Below, piece after piece: positions 29,493 through 39,597 of a stretch of DNA of 64,000 nt. A program made the translations under genes and the position numbers. The DNA is taken from contig JBFXEV010000001.1 of the NCBI GenBank assembly GCA_050179755.1, forward strand, positions 425,994 through 489,993, given 5' to 3'. Numbering within the stretch: the first letter of the stretch is position 1; every line of letters starts with the position of its first letter. Under the pieces are notes generated by a model, which was not told the DNA's origin, did not search any database, and saw only the letters and a program-made list of their open reading frames with translations. Origin of the DNA: Candidatus Babeliales bacterium. GTDB taxonomy: Bacteria > Babelota > Babeliae > Babelales > JBFXEV01.

Positions 29493-30269
29493 TCATAAGT
29501 TCCTTTCAGCAAATACCTTAATTGCATCAGCGATAAATTGCGCTAATTGCGGATCATACGCATCATAAAACTTTCTCAATTCAGTATCCATAATAAAGTC
29601 CGCATGCCCTGCATACGTCTCTTTTGTAGGCGCCCAGAACTGTTTAATCCATTCATAATGTCTACGCACCACCTGCTGCACTTCTTGAGATTCTAGCGTT
29701 TTTTGCTTACGCATAAGCATCACTAATGCGTTGCAAATCTCATCACCTTCTTGGCGAGCCTTTTGCCAATCATCTTTGGTCCATTTTTTAGCATCTTTAT
29801 AGCTTTGTTGCATAATTTGTTGCATGTCATTGCCATATTTTTTAGTTAAATATTCTTCTACATACTTTTCATACAAATATTGTTCTCTAGAATCTGGTTC
29901 AAAGCCTATAAACAATTCTCGATCATGCACTGCCTGCTTACCTTCTAAATGATCTATTGTTGTATCAATAGTTTTTATCAAAGTTTGCAGCCTCCGGATT
30001 TTGGTGCTTATTAACTTTTTCTGCGACGCTAAAGTTGCTAATCGATCAAGAACACCTTGAGTAAGAATTTCTTGAATCTGTTTAAGCGGAAATCCTAATT
30101 CCCTAAAAAAAAGGATCTGTTGGAGCGTAAGTAATTCTTTTTCCTGATAATATCGATACCCTGTATCAGCCACATATGATGGTTTTAATAAACCTATTTC
30201 GTCATAATAGTGCAACGTGCGTACGCTCACCCCTGCAAGTTCTGCCAACTTTTTTACCGTATACTGCAT
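29493..30269 (-). CDS. MerR family regulator with TipAS-like C-terminal domain
   Basis: GVSVRTLHYYDEIGLL; VRRHYEWI...W, FY....P.LAQFIADAI. Start MQYTVK. Confidence 0.85.
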   Translation of the reverse strand: MQYTVKKLAELAGVSVRTLHYYDEIGLLKPSYVADTGYRYYQEKELLTLQQILFFRELGFPLKQIQEILTQGVLDRLATLASQKKLISTKIRRLQTLIKTIDTTIDHLEGKQAVHDRELFIGFEPDSREQYLYEKYVEEYLTKKYGNDMQQIMQQSYKDAKKWTKDDWQKARQEGDEICNALVMLMRKQKTLESQEVQQVVRRHYEWIKQFWAPTKETYAGHADFIMDTELRKFYDAYDPQLAQFIADAIKVFAERNL

Positions 30270-30303
30270 ATAAAGCTTCCCTTCATTTTCAATCTCTACA
30301 TCT

Positions 30304-30334
30304 AGCGTACAGCATAACGTAACGTGAGAGTCAA
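30304..30334 (-). promoter_or_regulatory. MerR-type promoter with 19-bp spacer
   Basis: TTGACT-N19-TACGCT with dyad TCACGT-T-ACGTTA in the spacer. Confidence 0.8.
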
Positions 30335-30479
30335 GCATTGAGCAAAATAACGTTATAAATCTTTAAAAAGGACAGTAGAGTGGAGCCCGCCGGAAGCAAT
30401 TAACTAGTGGATTACTATTCACCAACCAGCTACCAAGAGCATCAACCTTCACGCCAATCTTTTTTTTAGAAGCAAATTA

Positions 30480-31110
30480 TGGCATGTCCTCATAAGAGTT
30501 TGACCCAAATAAGCAAACAGGCGATGTAGACAATTGATTTGAAATTTCTTGCAAGTTTTTCAAATCTTGTCGCAACACTTTGGTAGTGTTTGATCTTTGC
30601 GAAAAAATTTTCAACCAAGTGCCTCAGTTTATATAAATATGCGTCAAATTCCGGATTTTCTTTTTTACTGTTGGATCGTCTTGGAATTATCGGACTTACA
30701 TTTTTGCTCCTCGCATATTCTCGGATTTGATCGGAGTCGTATCCTTTATCTGCAATAAAAACTTCAGCTGTAAGGACCATGTCCAGGAGCTTCAGGGCGA
30801 CTGCTGCGTCGTGAACTTCTGGGCCCATCGATTAAAGCGATTAAATGCTGTTTTCCAGGGGCAAAAATCTTCGGGAACATCTCTCCACGGAGCACCTGCT
30901 CTCAGTTTCCAAAGAATTGCTTCTAAAACATCACGACTATCTCTGGTCTTGCGACAGCCTTTCACCTTCATCGTTATTAAAAGTTGTTCCCATATAGCAT
31001 CAATGATCATTCGTCGGACCACAGAAGAACTCTCCATCACCGTCAGATGAATAGAGAGTTTTACACAAAATTGAGGATTTTTAGATGATTAAGTGCACGA
31101 GGACATGCCC
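30480..31110 (-). mobile_element. Internally deleted IS5-family (IS427-group-like) element
   Basis: TIRs GGCATGTCCTC / GAGGACATGCC with TA on both flanks. Transposase pieces GAPWRDVP...FNRFNRW and ADKGYDS...RHLVENFF; the middle is missing. Confidence 0.8.
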
Positions 31111-31220
31111 TAGAAGATAATTTATGTCGATCAATTTGATGTAAGCGATGTGATGAAAACGGGGTCAGTTCACGAAACGGAAAATATTGTACGTTAGCGA
31201 TTCAAAATACTTAGTTAGGA

Positions 31221-31625
31221 TTAGCTTGGCGATAAATTACTTCCAGTTTTGGTGATTGTTGCATCTATCTCGACCAACTGGTTTTCGTGTCCAAGTAATG
31301 CTACGCCTAAAAGAGTCGCTGGAGGTACTATTCCTTTGAAGTAATGCTGCACAGCCTTCCAGGCCTCACTTAGATTGTCACTGTTTCCGACTACATAAAT
31401 GGTGATGTGTTGGATATCACTCTTTCCAAAACGATAGCAGCTCAACAATAGTTCTAGATTAGCAAGACATTGTTGAGCTTGTTCATATGGGTTAGAAATA
31501 GCCACAATGACACCAGACTTGTTATGGGGTACCTGTCCCGAGATGTATAGTTGAGTACCTACATGTTTTGCATACCGATACCCTGGAGTTGCTGGTAGTC
31601 CGGCTTTTTCCTCAATTTCATTCAT
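31221..31625 (-). CDS. RidA family protein
   Basis: LYISGQVP, PPATLLGV..L....LVEIDA. Confidence 0.8.
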   Translation of the reverse strand: MNEIEEKAGLPATPGYRYAKHVGTQLYISGQVPHNKSGVIVAISNPYEQAQQCLANLELLLSCYRFGKSDIQHITIYVVGNSDNLSEAWKAVQHYFKGIVPPATLLGVALLGHENQLVEIDATITKTGSNLSPS

Positions 31626-31739
31626 AATGCTGCTTGTCTCTTAAATACTGACTAAAACTGTCAGAATGAAGTGTACTCCATTTTGGCACTGTTAACAATC
31701 CTCAATTTTACGGATAATTAACAATCTTGCCATCTGCTT

Positions 31740-32409
31740 TCAGTTCATTAATGTAGTGCGGTAAAGCACCGAAGGATTATATTTTTGCCCATATACAAGC
31801 AAACTCTTTTTTCTCTGACTTTCTCCTGCTTCCGCTTCTAACGGATATATTTCATGATCATCTTCAAAAAGAAAATCTAGTTCAGCAGTTCCTTCGCTTG
31901 CCCAATAATAAAGTTTTTTAGAACCAGAAGCTACAAGTTCTTGCGCCACATGATTTTCTGTTAACGCTCCTTTAAATTCAGTAAAAAGACTGTTCCCTTC
32001 TATAATCATGCGTGCAGAGAGCAAACTTTTGTACGCCAAGCAAGCCAACATCAAGCAAAAAAATCTTAAACGTATGGTATCCGCATAAGCACTTAGCGGA
32101 AATTTTGGGACCTCTACAAAATTGTTTTTATAAAGCAAGCCAGCATCAACTAGCCATTGTATAGCATCTACATAATCTCTGCCCCGTGAGCTCTTTCTAA
32201 TTGCAGAAAAGCTAAATTTCTTATTTTCTTTTGCAAGTTGCCGATGGACTTGATTCCATACGGTGGTGATCTTCATAACTTCTTGTGGTGGTGCATGCTT
32301 TGCAAAGTCGCGCTCATACGCATTCAAAATTTCCAACTGAACAACGCGAGCAACGGAAAAATTATCATGCTTTACATACTCCGCAACCGCTGCTGGCATG
32401 CCTCCTATA
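31740..32409 (-). pseudogene. Truncated AAA ATPase/DUF4143 gene
   Basis: Begins at IGGMP with no Walker A. The expected FKIFLLDVGLL is in a shifted frame (about 32035-32070). KGALTEN.VAQEL, ELDF present. Confidence 0.75.
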
Positions 32410-32998
32410 AAAAAATAAAGAGCGTATTTTGGCTACTGCACAAAAACTTTTTGAGTCTAAAGGTTTTACCAAGGTAACCATTGAGCAGATCGCACAAAAA
32501 GCAGAAGTATCAGCTCCCTCAATCTATGCGATCTTTAAATCAAAAACAGGCATCTTAAGAGAGTTAATTGATACCGCTTTGCCAAGCACTGAGCGCGAAG
32601 CGCTTATACATCGCGCCAAAACAGAACAGTCTCCTAAAGAACGGCTCAGAATCACCGCCGCCATCACGCGTCAACTCTATGATGCAGAGCGTACGCAAAT
32701 AGGGTTGCTGCAAAACGCAGCAATTTTAGATCCCGTATTTAAGAAATTAGAACATGAGCGCGAGCAACGGCGCTATAAACGGCTAGAGGAATCAATGAAT
32801 ATCATGGCGCAAGAAAAGGGATTTGCAAAAGACCTTACCACATCACAAGCGCATGATATTTTGTGGGCATTCACCGGTAGAGATCTTTATCGCATGCTCG
32901 TTATTGAACGTGGCTGGACATCAGATGACTATGAAGAGTGGCTAACAGAAACATTGATCAAAACACTCATGCAATCAACAAAGTCATATATTATCTAA
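32410..32998 (+). pseudogene. 5'-truncated duplicate of TetR regulator
   Basis: DNA closely matches 27644-28264 from AAAAATAAAGAGCG onward; the first ~18 codons are absent. Confidence 0.7.
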
Positions 32999-33022
32999 GA
33001 AGGGTAAAATTAATAATTCAGA

Positions 33023-33376
33023 CTATTTTATTGGTTCTTTTTGCATTTTCTGCTGCTCATGTTCATATCGAAGCTTAAGCCTATTATAATGCATTTCGTG
33101 ATTTTCTGTCGTAAAAAAATGACGTTTAACACCTGTCCCAGCTAGTGGGCCACTTACTACTGGCAAAAGCCTACTAAAATGATACTCGTTACTTCTTTTA
33201 CCAAAAGTAGCAACTTGTTCTTCACCATTTGGCAAAGTCAGGTTATATACAATTTTTTCGGAGTCTTCCGACCTACTAACACTTGGATTATGCTCCATAC
33301 TTTGTGTGCTATTAAAGCAAAAAACTAACGCAAATAAGTTGATATATATCAATTTTTTAGAATTTAACAATTTCAT
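33023..33376 (-). CDS. Secreted hypothetical protein
   Basis: GAGG RBS; signal peptide ending TQS-ME. Confidence 0.6.
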   Translation of the reverse strand: MKLLNSKKLIYINLFALVFCFNSTQSMEHNPSVSRSEDSEKIVYNLTLPNGEEQVATFGKRSNEYHFSRLLPVVSGPLAGTGVKRHFFTTENHEMHYNRLKLRYEHEQQKMQKEPIK

Positions 33377-33390
33377 GGTTACCTCTTGAG

Positions 33391-34227
33391 TTATTTATAG
33401 ATTCCTAAAAGTTTATTCATTATACTATTTTTGAGAGCATCACGTAAAGCCACTCGTATGCTATTATCATCATAAGTGCCCATAGGTACAAACCTTGTAC
33501 TCGGAATTAATGGACTCAGTTTCGCTAACTTCTCATCAACAAGCGCATTAAATTCAGCCGTATTTATTATTCTACGTACGTCTTTAACCATTCCCGCTTT
33601 TTGTAAAGTGAGCGCAATATGCAAAAGACGTTTTTCTTCGTCAGGTGATAGCATAAAATTTCCAAGCATAGCTTTAACTGTTTCATCTGTGGCCAGATCT
33701 ACTGCCATCTTATCTGATGGTGTAACCACATATGGATTTGCGCCTCCTATGAGTAACGGTATGATAAGGTATTTTTTATTGCGCTGTGCTGCAATATGTA
33801 GAGCAGTTTCGCCCTTAGGTGTTAATACATTAGGATTTGCTCCCGCAGCAAGTATGGGAACAATGAGTTGAGGATACTCACGCGTTAGTGTAAACATATT
33901 TAACACGGGATAACCATTTTCAGGGTGTTTAAAGTTTACGTCAGCCCCACTTCGAATTAACAATGCTACTATTTCGGGTGCTTTGTTGCTATCTGTATGC
34001 ATCATTGCCAAAGTATATAATGGCGTGCTTCCCGATTTATTGATAGCATTAACATTAACAAGCTTAAGTAATCTTTCAGTTTCTGGTATATTTCCAGCAA
34101 ACGCTGCCTCGGTCAGTTGATCCGCTAAGCCCGTTTGTGCCGCTGGTTGTACCATTGGTAAAGCCGTGCTAACAATGAAGATTTGAACTATTAATAATAA
34201 TATAATTGATTGCTTCATTTGTTTCAT
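33391..34227 (-). CDS. Secreted ankyrin-repeat protein
   Basis: GSTPLY, GADVN, GETALHIAA. Confidence 0.85.
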   Translation of the reverse strand: MKQMKQSIILLLIVQIFIVSTALPMVQPAAQTGLADQLTEAAFAGNIPETERLLKLVNVNAINKSGSTPLYTLAMMHTDSNKAPEIVALLIRSGADVNFKHPENGYPVLNMFTLTREYPQLIVPILAAGANPNVLTPKGETALHIAAQRNKKYLIIPLLIGGANPYVVTPSDKMAVDLATDETVKAMLGNFMLSPDEEKRLLHIALTLQKAGMVKDVRRIINTAEFNALVDEKLAKLSPLIPSTRFVPMGTYDDNSIRVALRDALKNSIMNKLLGIYK

Positions 34228-34416
34228 ACTATTCCTTCTTATCGATACTGATTCTCTCTAATTTAAGATTAGCTATTTATGAGGGGCAAAGTCAATACTA
34301 AAGGAGTCGAAAATCCCGGATTTACGGCCTTTTTCCACTCCTGCAACATTGATCTTATGAACAATAATTAGGTATGCTGATAGTAGAAAAATCAACTGCT
34401 GAAAGGCCTCAAAATC

Positions 34417-35724
34417 ATGTATATTAAAAAGTTACTATGCGTAATCAGTATAAGCATGCTAGCAATGCCACTATACGCCATGGAATCACCCAAAAAAAGT
34501 AATAAATCGGCATATGAAGATCTTGTGGCAGCAGTACAACATAATAACACAGAAAAAGTAATTACTCTTGTAGAGAATGGCATTGATAGTCTAAACAGAG
34601 AAGATCTCTTAAGAATGGCTGAGAGCAATGGAACTGAGCCAATGCTCAAGGCACTCACCACCACATTAGCACCTAGTGAAATCAAACGAGCTTTGCCCAC
34701 CGTTATTAAATCAATTTACGAACAATCCAAGATATCAATGGGCTCAGCGGCAACTGCAGGAATTATATTAAAACCTAAATCCGTGGAAAAAGTATATGAA
34801 TCATACAAAAGAGATGAAAACATAATAAAGGCGATTGCACAAGAAAAATATCAGCTAGCAAAAAAATATTTGCCTCAAGAATCTGATGAAGCAATAAAAA
34901 GTGCCATTCAAAATAGCATGAATAGAGTAATTGCCAAAGTGCCCGAAATACGTGAGGCATTAGATCATGCATTATTGACGGCTCTTGTTAACTGGAAACA
35001 GTACGATGATTATGGGAAAGTAGTAGAAAATGCTCAAACACTTAGAGGCGTACAAACATTACTCGCACTTGGTGCTGATCCAAACGCAATAGATATTTAT
35101 GGATTTGAAAAGGAGAAAATAGATACACCTCTTTTTGCAGCGCGGCGCAAAGGATTGCCAATAAGCATAACCTTACTCATTGAAGCAGGTGCAGATAAAA
35201 GTATGGATTTAAATGCGCCATTAAGAGCACTCCATGGAGACGCAAAGTATCGTGATAAGCAAGTTCTATTTGACAGTGTTATGCGTGTAAGCAAGGAACC
35301 TATAAAACGAGCATTCTTAACAGCAGTCAGCCCCAAAGATGTAAAGCATATCATTCCCGGCATTATTGCATTAACTAAACATTATAGAGAAGCAGGTTTG
35401 CCCAAAGACATGGGTAATTTAATAGCCTCACACATTGTGCCTGATTTATTGAATGAAAAACTAACTTTAGCAAAAAAATATGCTTATAAACCGATTCGCG
35501 AAGAAGCGGCATTACGTAACAGCATTCTTGAAAGCTTCAAAAGAGTTATGCGCAAATCAATAAATAAAATTCCCGCATTTATCACATTATCGACTGAAGA
35601 ATTAACCACGCCACTACCACAACCTGCTGCAGCGCAAGTTCAGCACCCTCAAGTACAACAAGCAGCGCCTGATTATTCACTCAGGGGGTGGGCTGCCTGG
35701 TTATTTGGGACTTCAAGTAAATAA
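34417..35724 (+). CDS. Secreted ankyrin-like protein with duplicated helical domain
   Basis: LYA-ME signal; GADPN, DTPLFAA; two copies of EK..LAKKY...I..S..RV. Confidence 0.7.
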   Translation: MYIKKLLCVISISMLAMPLYAMESPKKSNKSAYEDLVAAVQHNNTEKVITLVENGIDSLNREDLLRMAESNGTEPMLKALTTTLAPSEIKRALPTVIKSIYEQSKISMGSAATAGIILKPKSVEKVYESYKRDENIIKAIAQEKYQLAKKYLPQESDEAIKSAIQNSMNRVIAKVPEIREALDHALLTALVNWKQYDDYGKVVENAQTLRGVQTLLALGADPNAIDIYGFEKEKIDTPLFAARRKGLPISITLLIEAGADKSMDLNAPLRALHGDAKYRDKQVLFDSVMRVSKEPIKRAFLTAVSPKDVKHIIPGIIALTKHYREAGLPKDMGNLIASHIVPDLLNEKLTLAKKYAYKPIREEAALRNSILESFKRVMRKSINKIPAFITLSTEELTTPLPQPAAAQVQHPQVQQAAPDYSLRGWAAWLFGTSSK

Positions 35725-35824
35725 AACTTTCCTTCCCGACCCATTAATCAAATGGCTCATAGAATCTACATTTTCACTGTTTTATGCTATACTAGAAGGA
35801 CAATACATTAAAGGCCATTATCAT

Positions 35825-36382
35825 ATGAATACCAATAAACTATTTCTATTAACATTCTCATATGCCCTCTTTTGTACCACATCTCTTTATTCCATGGAAA
35901 GACTGACTCTTCGCGGTGTATTAAAGGGCCACTACACGCCCACACCATTAGAAGATTTGCAAATGGTAGCCGAAATCATAGCACCAAAACCCTTCACACA
36001 AGATGAGCTTCAAGCGCACCAATGGCACGTGCCTGATACTATACAGAACCTATCTCACATGTTATGGCGTTCAAATGAATTAAGCCAAGATGCCAACGTG
36101 CAGCGACTTGCAGCTTGTCCCCAGGAATTAAAAGATGATACTTTAAAAGTATTTTTTAGAAAAAGCCTTCGGGGTATATCAGTACCACCATTACAAAAAT
36201 ATCAAATATCTTGTTGTCTTGCAGCGGGCGCTCAGCTTGCCGCCATAGAGAAAAAATTTACCGCTTGGTTAGCGCATAAAACTAAGTGCTCACAACCGGC
36301 AGTTCAAGATTGTTGGCAAAGCTTACCTCCTGATATACAAAAAGACCTGTTTGCCATCATCTTTCTATTTACAGAAAAATGA
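35825..36382 (+). CDS. Secreted hypothetical protein (KPFT..E...H.W domain)
   Basis: Start MNTNKL; LYS-ME signal; domain shared with the ankyrin proteins at 11105 and 20210. Confidence 0.65.
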   Translation: MNTNKLFLLTFSYALFCTTSLYSMERLTLRGVLKGHYTPTPLEDLQMVAEIIAPKPFTQDELQAHQWHVPDTIQNLSHMLWRSNELSQDANVQRLAACPQELKDDTLKVFFRKSLRGISVPPLQKYQISCCLAAGAQLAAIEKKFTAWLAHKTKCSQPAVQDCWQSLPPDIQKDLFAIIFLFTEK

Positions 36383-36391
36383 GAAGACCAA

Positions 36392-36937
36392 ATGAAAAAA
36401 CTCCTTCTTATTAGTTTACTACTCACAAATTTGGCCTCAGCTATGGAACTAGAACAATTACCGCTAGCTCCCTGTTTCCACCCGCAACGTCCACCCACGT
36501 TCAGAGAACTTTTTAATAACCCCAAAGAACAAGAAAAAGCATTGGCTGCTAAATGTAGACCTTTAATAAGAAAAGCCTGCTTACATGGTTGCATCAGCAG
36601 CGGCGCAGGAATTATAGCTATTCATAGCTTACTCACCTATCTGGGAGAAAACACTTCTTATGCACCTTTATTAGCTTGCGTAATGGCGAGCGGAGCTGCC
36701 GTAATAAGCGCTAATAGATGCATTAAATCGTACAGCAAAGCTATACAAATAAAAAAAGAAGATATATTTGAAAGCCCCAGATTAACACTATCTCTTCTTG
36801 GTCGCTTGGATTCTACAATAGATCCGCTCTATGATGAAAGCAATCTTTATTTTTATAGGCTGAAAAAAGCTCAACAGCGATCAACACGATCATGTAATCT
36901 TTTTGGCATTTTCTCATTTTTCTACAAAAAAAGATAA
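36392..36937 (+). CDS. Secreted protein with hydrophobic hairpin
   Basis: ASA-ME signal and two hydrophobic segments. Confidence 0.6.
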   Translation: MKKLLLISLLLTNLASAMELEQLPLAPCFHPQRPPTFRELFNNPKEQEKALAAKCRPLIRKACLHGCISSGAGIIAIHSLLTYLGENTSYAPLLACVMASGAAVISANRCIKSYSKAIQIKKEDIFESPRLTLSLLGRLDSTIDPLYDESNLYFYRLKKAQQRSTRSCNLFGIFSFFYKKR

Positions 36938-36967
36938 AAGGCAAAACCACGTTATGCCCTCCACATG

Positions 36968-37455
36968 CTATTGAAATATTCCAAAAATACTGCCACTCGT
37001 CACTTCAGCTTCTAGTAAAGATAATTGTTTTGCTTTTTCGGTAACCAGAGAACGGCGAGCATCATCAGTAATTTGTTGTGATAGCTTATGCATTATTGGA
37101 ATTAAGGCTTCCCGCTCACGAATCGCGGCCTCATAAGAAATCCAGCGAAAGCGACGTGGAATAAATTCTGGACGCCCGACGTACATAATGCTAGCCTTCA
37201 ATCCTTCCATATCCATTATAACTTGTAACAACTTATTCTCAGTTGCAGAGAATTCTGGCTCTGAAAAATAACATGGGTCAAATAATCTATCTTTGCGCTT
37301 TTCTACTTTTGGGGCAGTCTTCTTGGCATGAGCCAAGCTCAGACGCACATAATCAATTTTCGGGCTGTCTTTTTTAGACCGCTTAGTTGCATAGCTTCTG
37401 CTTGAAGAAACAAGCATAGAGTAATCGCAAGTACTAATGAAAATTTGTAAGACAC
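36968..37455 (-). pseudogene. Frameshifted secreted hypothetical protein
   Basis: AAAGGA plus GTG at 37455 gives MSYKFSLVLAITLCLFLQAEA-MQLSGLKKTARKLIMCV* (stop 37339). The long ORF 36968-37417 is in another frame. Confidence 0.55.
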
Positions 37456-37618
37456 TGGAATTCCTTTGATTTATATTTCTTTACCCCAGATTATAACACA
37501 GGATCCAAAGAAAAAGCAGCTACACAAAAGGCAATCTAGCATTTTTAAACTGCTCCCTTAGACTACTTTTCTCGCTTTTTATGCTATACTAAAAATACCA
37601 AAAAAAGCATAAAAAATT

Positions 37619-38920
37619 ATGGCACACTTCAAAAAACCAGACTTACCCTCTCTGCCTGGGGTATACCTTTTTAAGAACACCCAGCATGAGATCATATACG
37701 TTGGCAAAGCAAAATCCCTCAAAGACAGGGTAGCAAGCTATTTCCATAAGCATGGCACCGACTGGAAAATAGATGGTTTACTCAGTGAATTTGAAACCAT
37801 CGAGCACGTGGTCACCCATACCGAGCATGAGGCCTTGCTTTTGGAAGCCCAGCTCATTCAAGAACATATGCCCAAATATAACGTGCTCCTTAAAAGCGGG
37901 CAGCCATTTGTGTGGGTGGTTTTTACCAATGACCCGGTGCCCCAAGTGGAGCTTGTGCGTGCCAAAAAGCGCAAAGGCACCTACTTTGGCCCTTTTATGC
38001 ATAAAAAGCAAGCTCGCGGCGCCATGGAATATATACGCCATACGTTTAAGCTTTTATGGTGCTCCAAAAAGATTCCAGGCGGGTGCTTGTATTATCACCT
38101 TGATTTGTGTGTGGGCAGCTGCAAAGAAGACTTTGACACCAACGCTTATCTTTTTAGGGTAAACCTGGCTATTAACTTGCTCAAAGGCCGCTATAAAGAA
38201 TCTATCAAAGAGCTTAATGAAAAAATTAAAGAATACACGCATAATTTAGAATATGAAAAAGCGCGTAATTTGCATGGCTACTTGCAAAACTTAGAAGTAA
38301 TTTTTAACACGCTCAAAACACGTTTTACCGAAACTAAATATGATAAAGAAGTCTTTCTGGCAACAACGCCCATTTGGCGTAACACCAAGCCAGACCCCAC
38401 TCTTGCGCATAAAGTGCAAGAACTTTTAAAACTTGATGTAGCACCTCAAACTATTGATTGCTTTGATATCTCACATTTTCAGAGTAATGCTATGGTGGGC
38501 TCGTGTGTGCGCTTTGTAAACGGCGTGCCAGATAAAAATAGCTTCCGTAGATTTAAGATTAAAACGCTTAATGAGCAAAATGATTATGCAGCGCTCCAAG
38601 AGATTGTAAAGCGGCGCTATAAAGACCCTGCCGATATGCCTGACCTGGCAGTTATTGATGGCGGCAAAGGCCAACTTTCTGCGGTGAAAATGGTAATGCC
38701 AAACTTGCGTTGCGTTGCTCTTGCAAAACGAGAAGAGACTATTTATTCACCTGGCGATCCAGTGGGCATTAAACTTGATATCAATAGCGATGTTGGCAAA
38801 CTCATGACGGCTTTGCGTGATTATGCGCACCATTTTGCAATCAGTTATCATCGTTTGAAAAGAAGAAAAGATCAAGAAATTGTTTTTGATATTGTAAGCA
38901 GAGCTAAACATAAAAAATAA
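37619..38920 (+). CDS. uvrC: Excinuclease ABC subunit C, short form
   Basis: GIY-YIG (PGVYLF...IIYVGKAK), UVR, IDCFDISH, IDGGKGQL, RDYAHHFA. Confidence 0.85.
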   Translation: MAHFKKPDLPSLPGVYLFKNTQHEIIYVGKAKSLKDRVASYFHKHGTDWKIDGLLSEFETIEHVVTHTEHEALLLEAQLIQEHMPKYNVLLKSGQPFVWVVFTNDPVPQVELVRAKKRKGTYFGPFMHKKQARGAMEYIRHTFKLLWCSKKIPGGCLYYHLDLCVGSCKEDFDTNAYLFRVNLAINLLKGRYKESIKELNEKIKEYTHNLEYEKARNLHGYLQNLEVIFNTLKTRFTETKYDKEVFLATTPIWRNTKPDPTLAHKVQELLKLDVAPQTIDCFDISHFQSNAMVGSCVRFVNGVPDKNSFRRFKIKTLNEQNDYAALQEIVKRRYKDPADMPDLAVIDGGKGQLSAVKMVMPNLRCVALAKREETIYSPGDPVGIKLDINSDVGKLMTALRDYAHHFAISYHRLKRRKDQEIVFDIVSRAKHKK

Positions 38921-38923
38921 GAT

Positions 38924-39505
38924 GTGAAAATGGCTATAAAGTGTCTAGTATTCGTAACTTTACTACTATCAATACATCTTGCTTGGACTATGGAACAGGC
39001 AACATATAAATATACATGTACTGCCTCATGTAATAGTAACGTATTACATGAACTACACAACAAAATGACCATACCTGAACCTAACTCAGAAGCAGCTGGT
39101 TGTCTCTTAAAAGAAGTTCATATTTGGCATGATAAAGAAATATGTATATTAACTGGAGGGAAACCTTCAAAAGCTCTTAAAGTATTAGAAACAATGCGAG
39201 AGAATTACTTACAAACCAATTCTTGGTATCTGGGGACCACTGTATCTCATCTTCCAGAATTCAATTGCATTACCCCTTGCAGATTACTTATATGGATGGC
39301 AAATTTAATAATGAAAGATAACCAACCGTCAATAACTAATGAGAGCATAGAGTCAGCATGGTATGGACTACCAGACGCAATGCGATCACAAATTTTGTGC
39401 ACTATCAAACATCATAAAAGTGAGCTTACAGAAGCACAAAAAAAGAAACCCGCAACGTTTGATGCATTATGCATGTTTGATCCTTGTGGAAGACTTGATT
39501 TCTAA
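38924..39505 (+). CDS. Secreted hypothetical protein
   Basis: AWT-ME signal; C-terminal WYGLPDAMRSQI motif. Confidence 0.55.
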   Translation: MKMAIKCLVFVTLLLSIHLAWTMEQATYKYTCTASCNSNVLHELHNKMTIPEPNSEAAGCLLKEVHIWHDKEICILTGGKPSKALKVLETMRENYLQTNSWYLGTTVSHLPEFNCITPCRLLIWMANLIMKDNQPSITNESIESAWYGLPDAMRSQILCTIKHHKSELTEAQKKKPATFDALCMFDPCGRLDF

Positions 39506-39597
39506 ACCAATTTGATTCCTCAGAGGAACTTATCTTTAACGCAGTGCGACCAACTTTAAACTCAACATATTTACATTACGTCAGTTAAAGGCATTCT

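Noticed and set aside
36968..37417. RSYAT at the ORF start resembling a mitochondrial processing site
   Set aside because: That stretch is an alternate frame of a signal peptide starting at GTG 37455, so the motif is probably an artefact.
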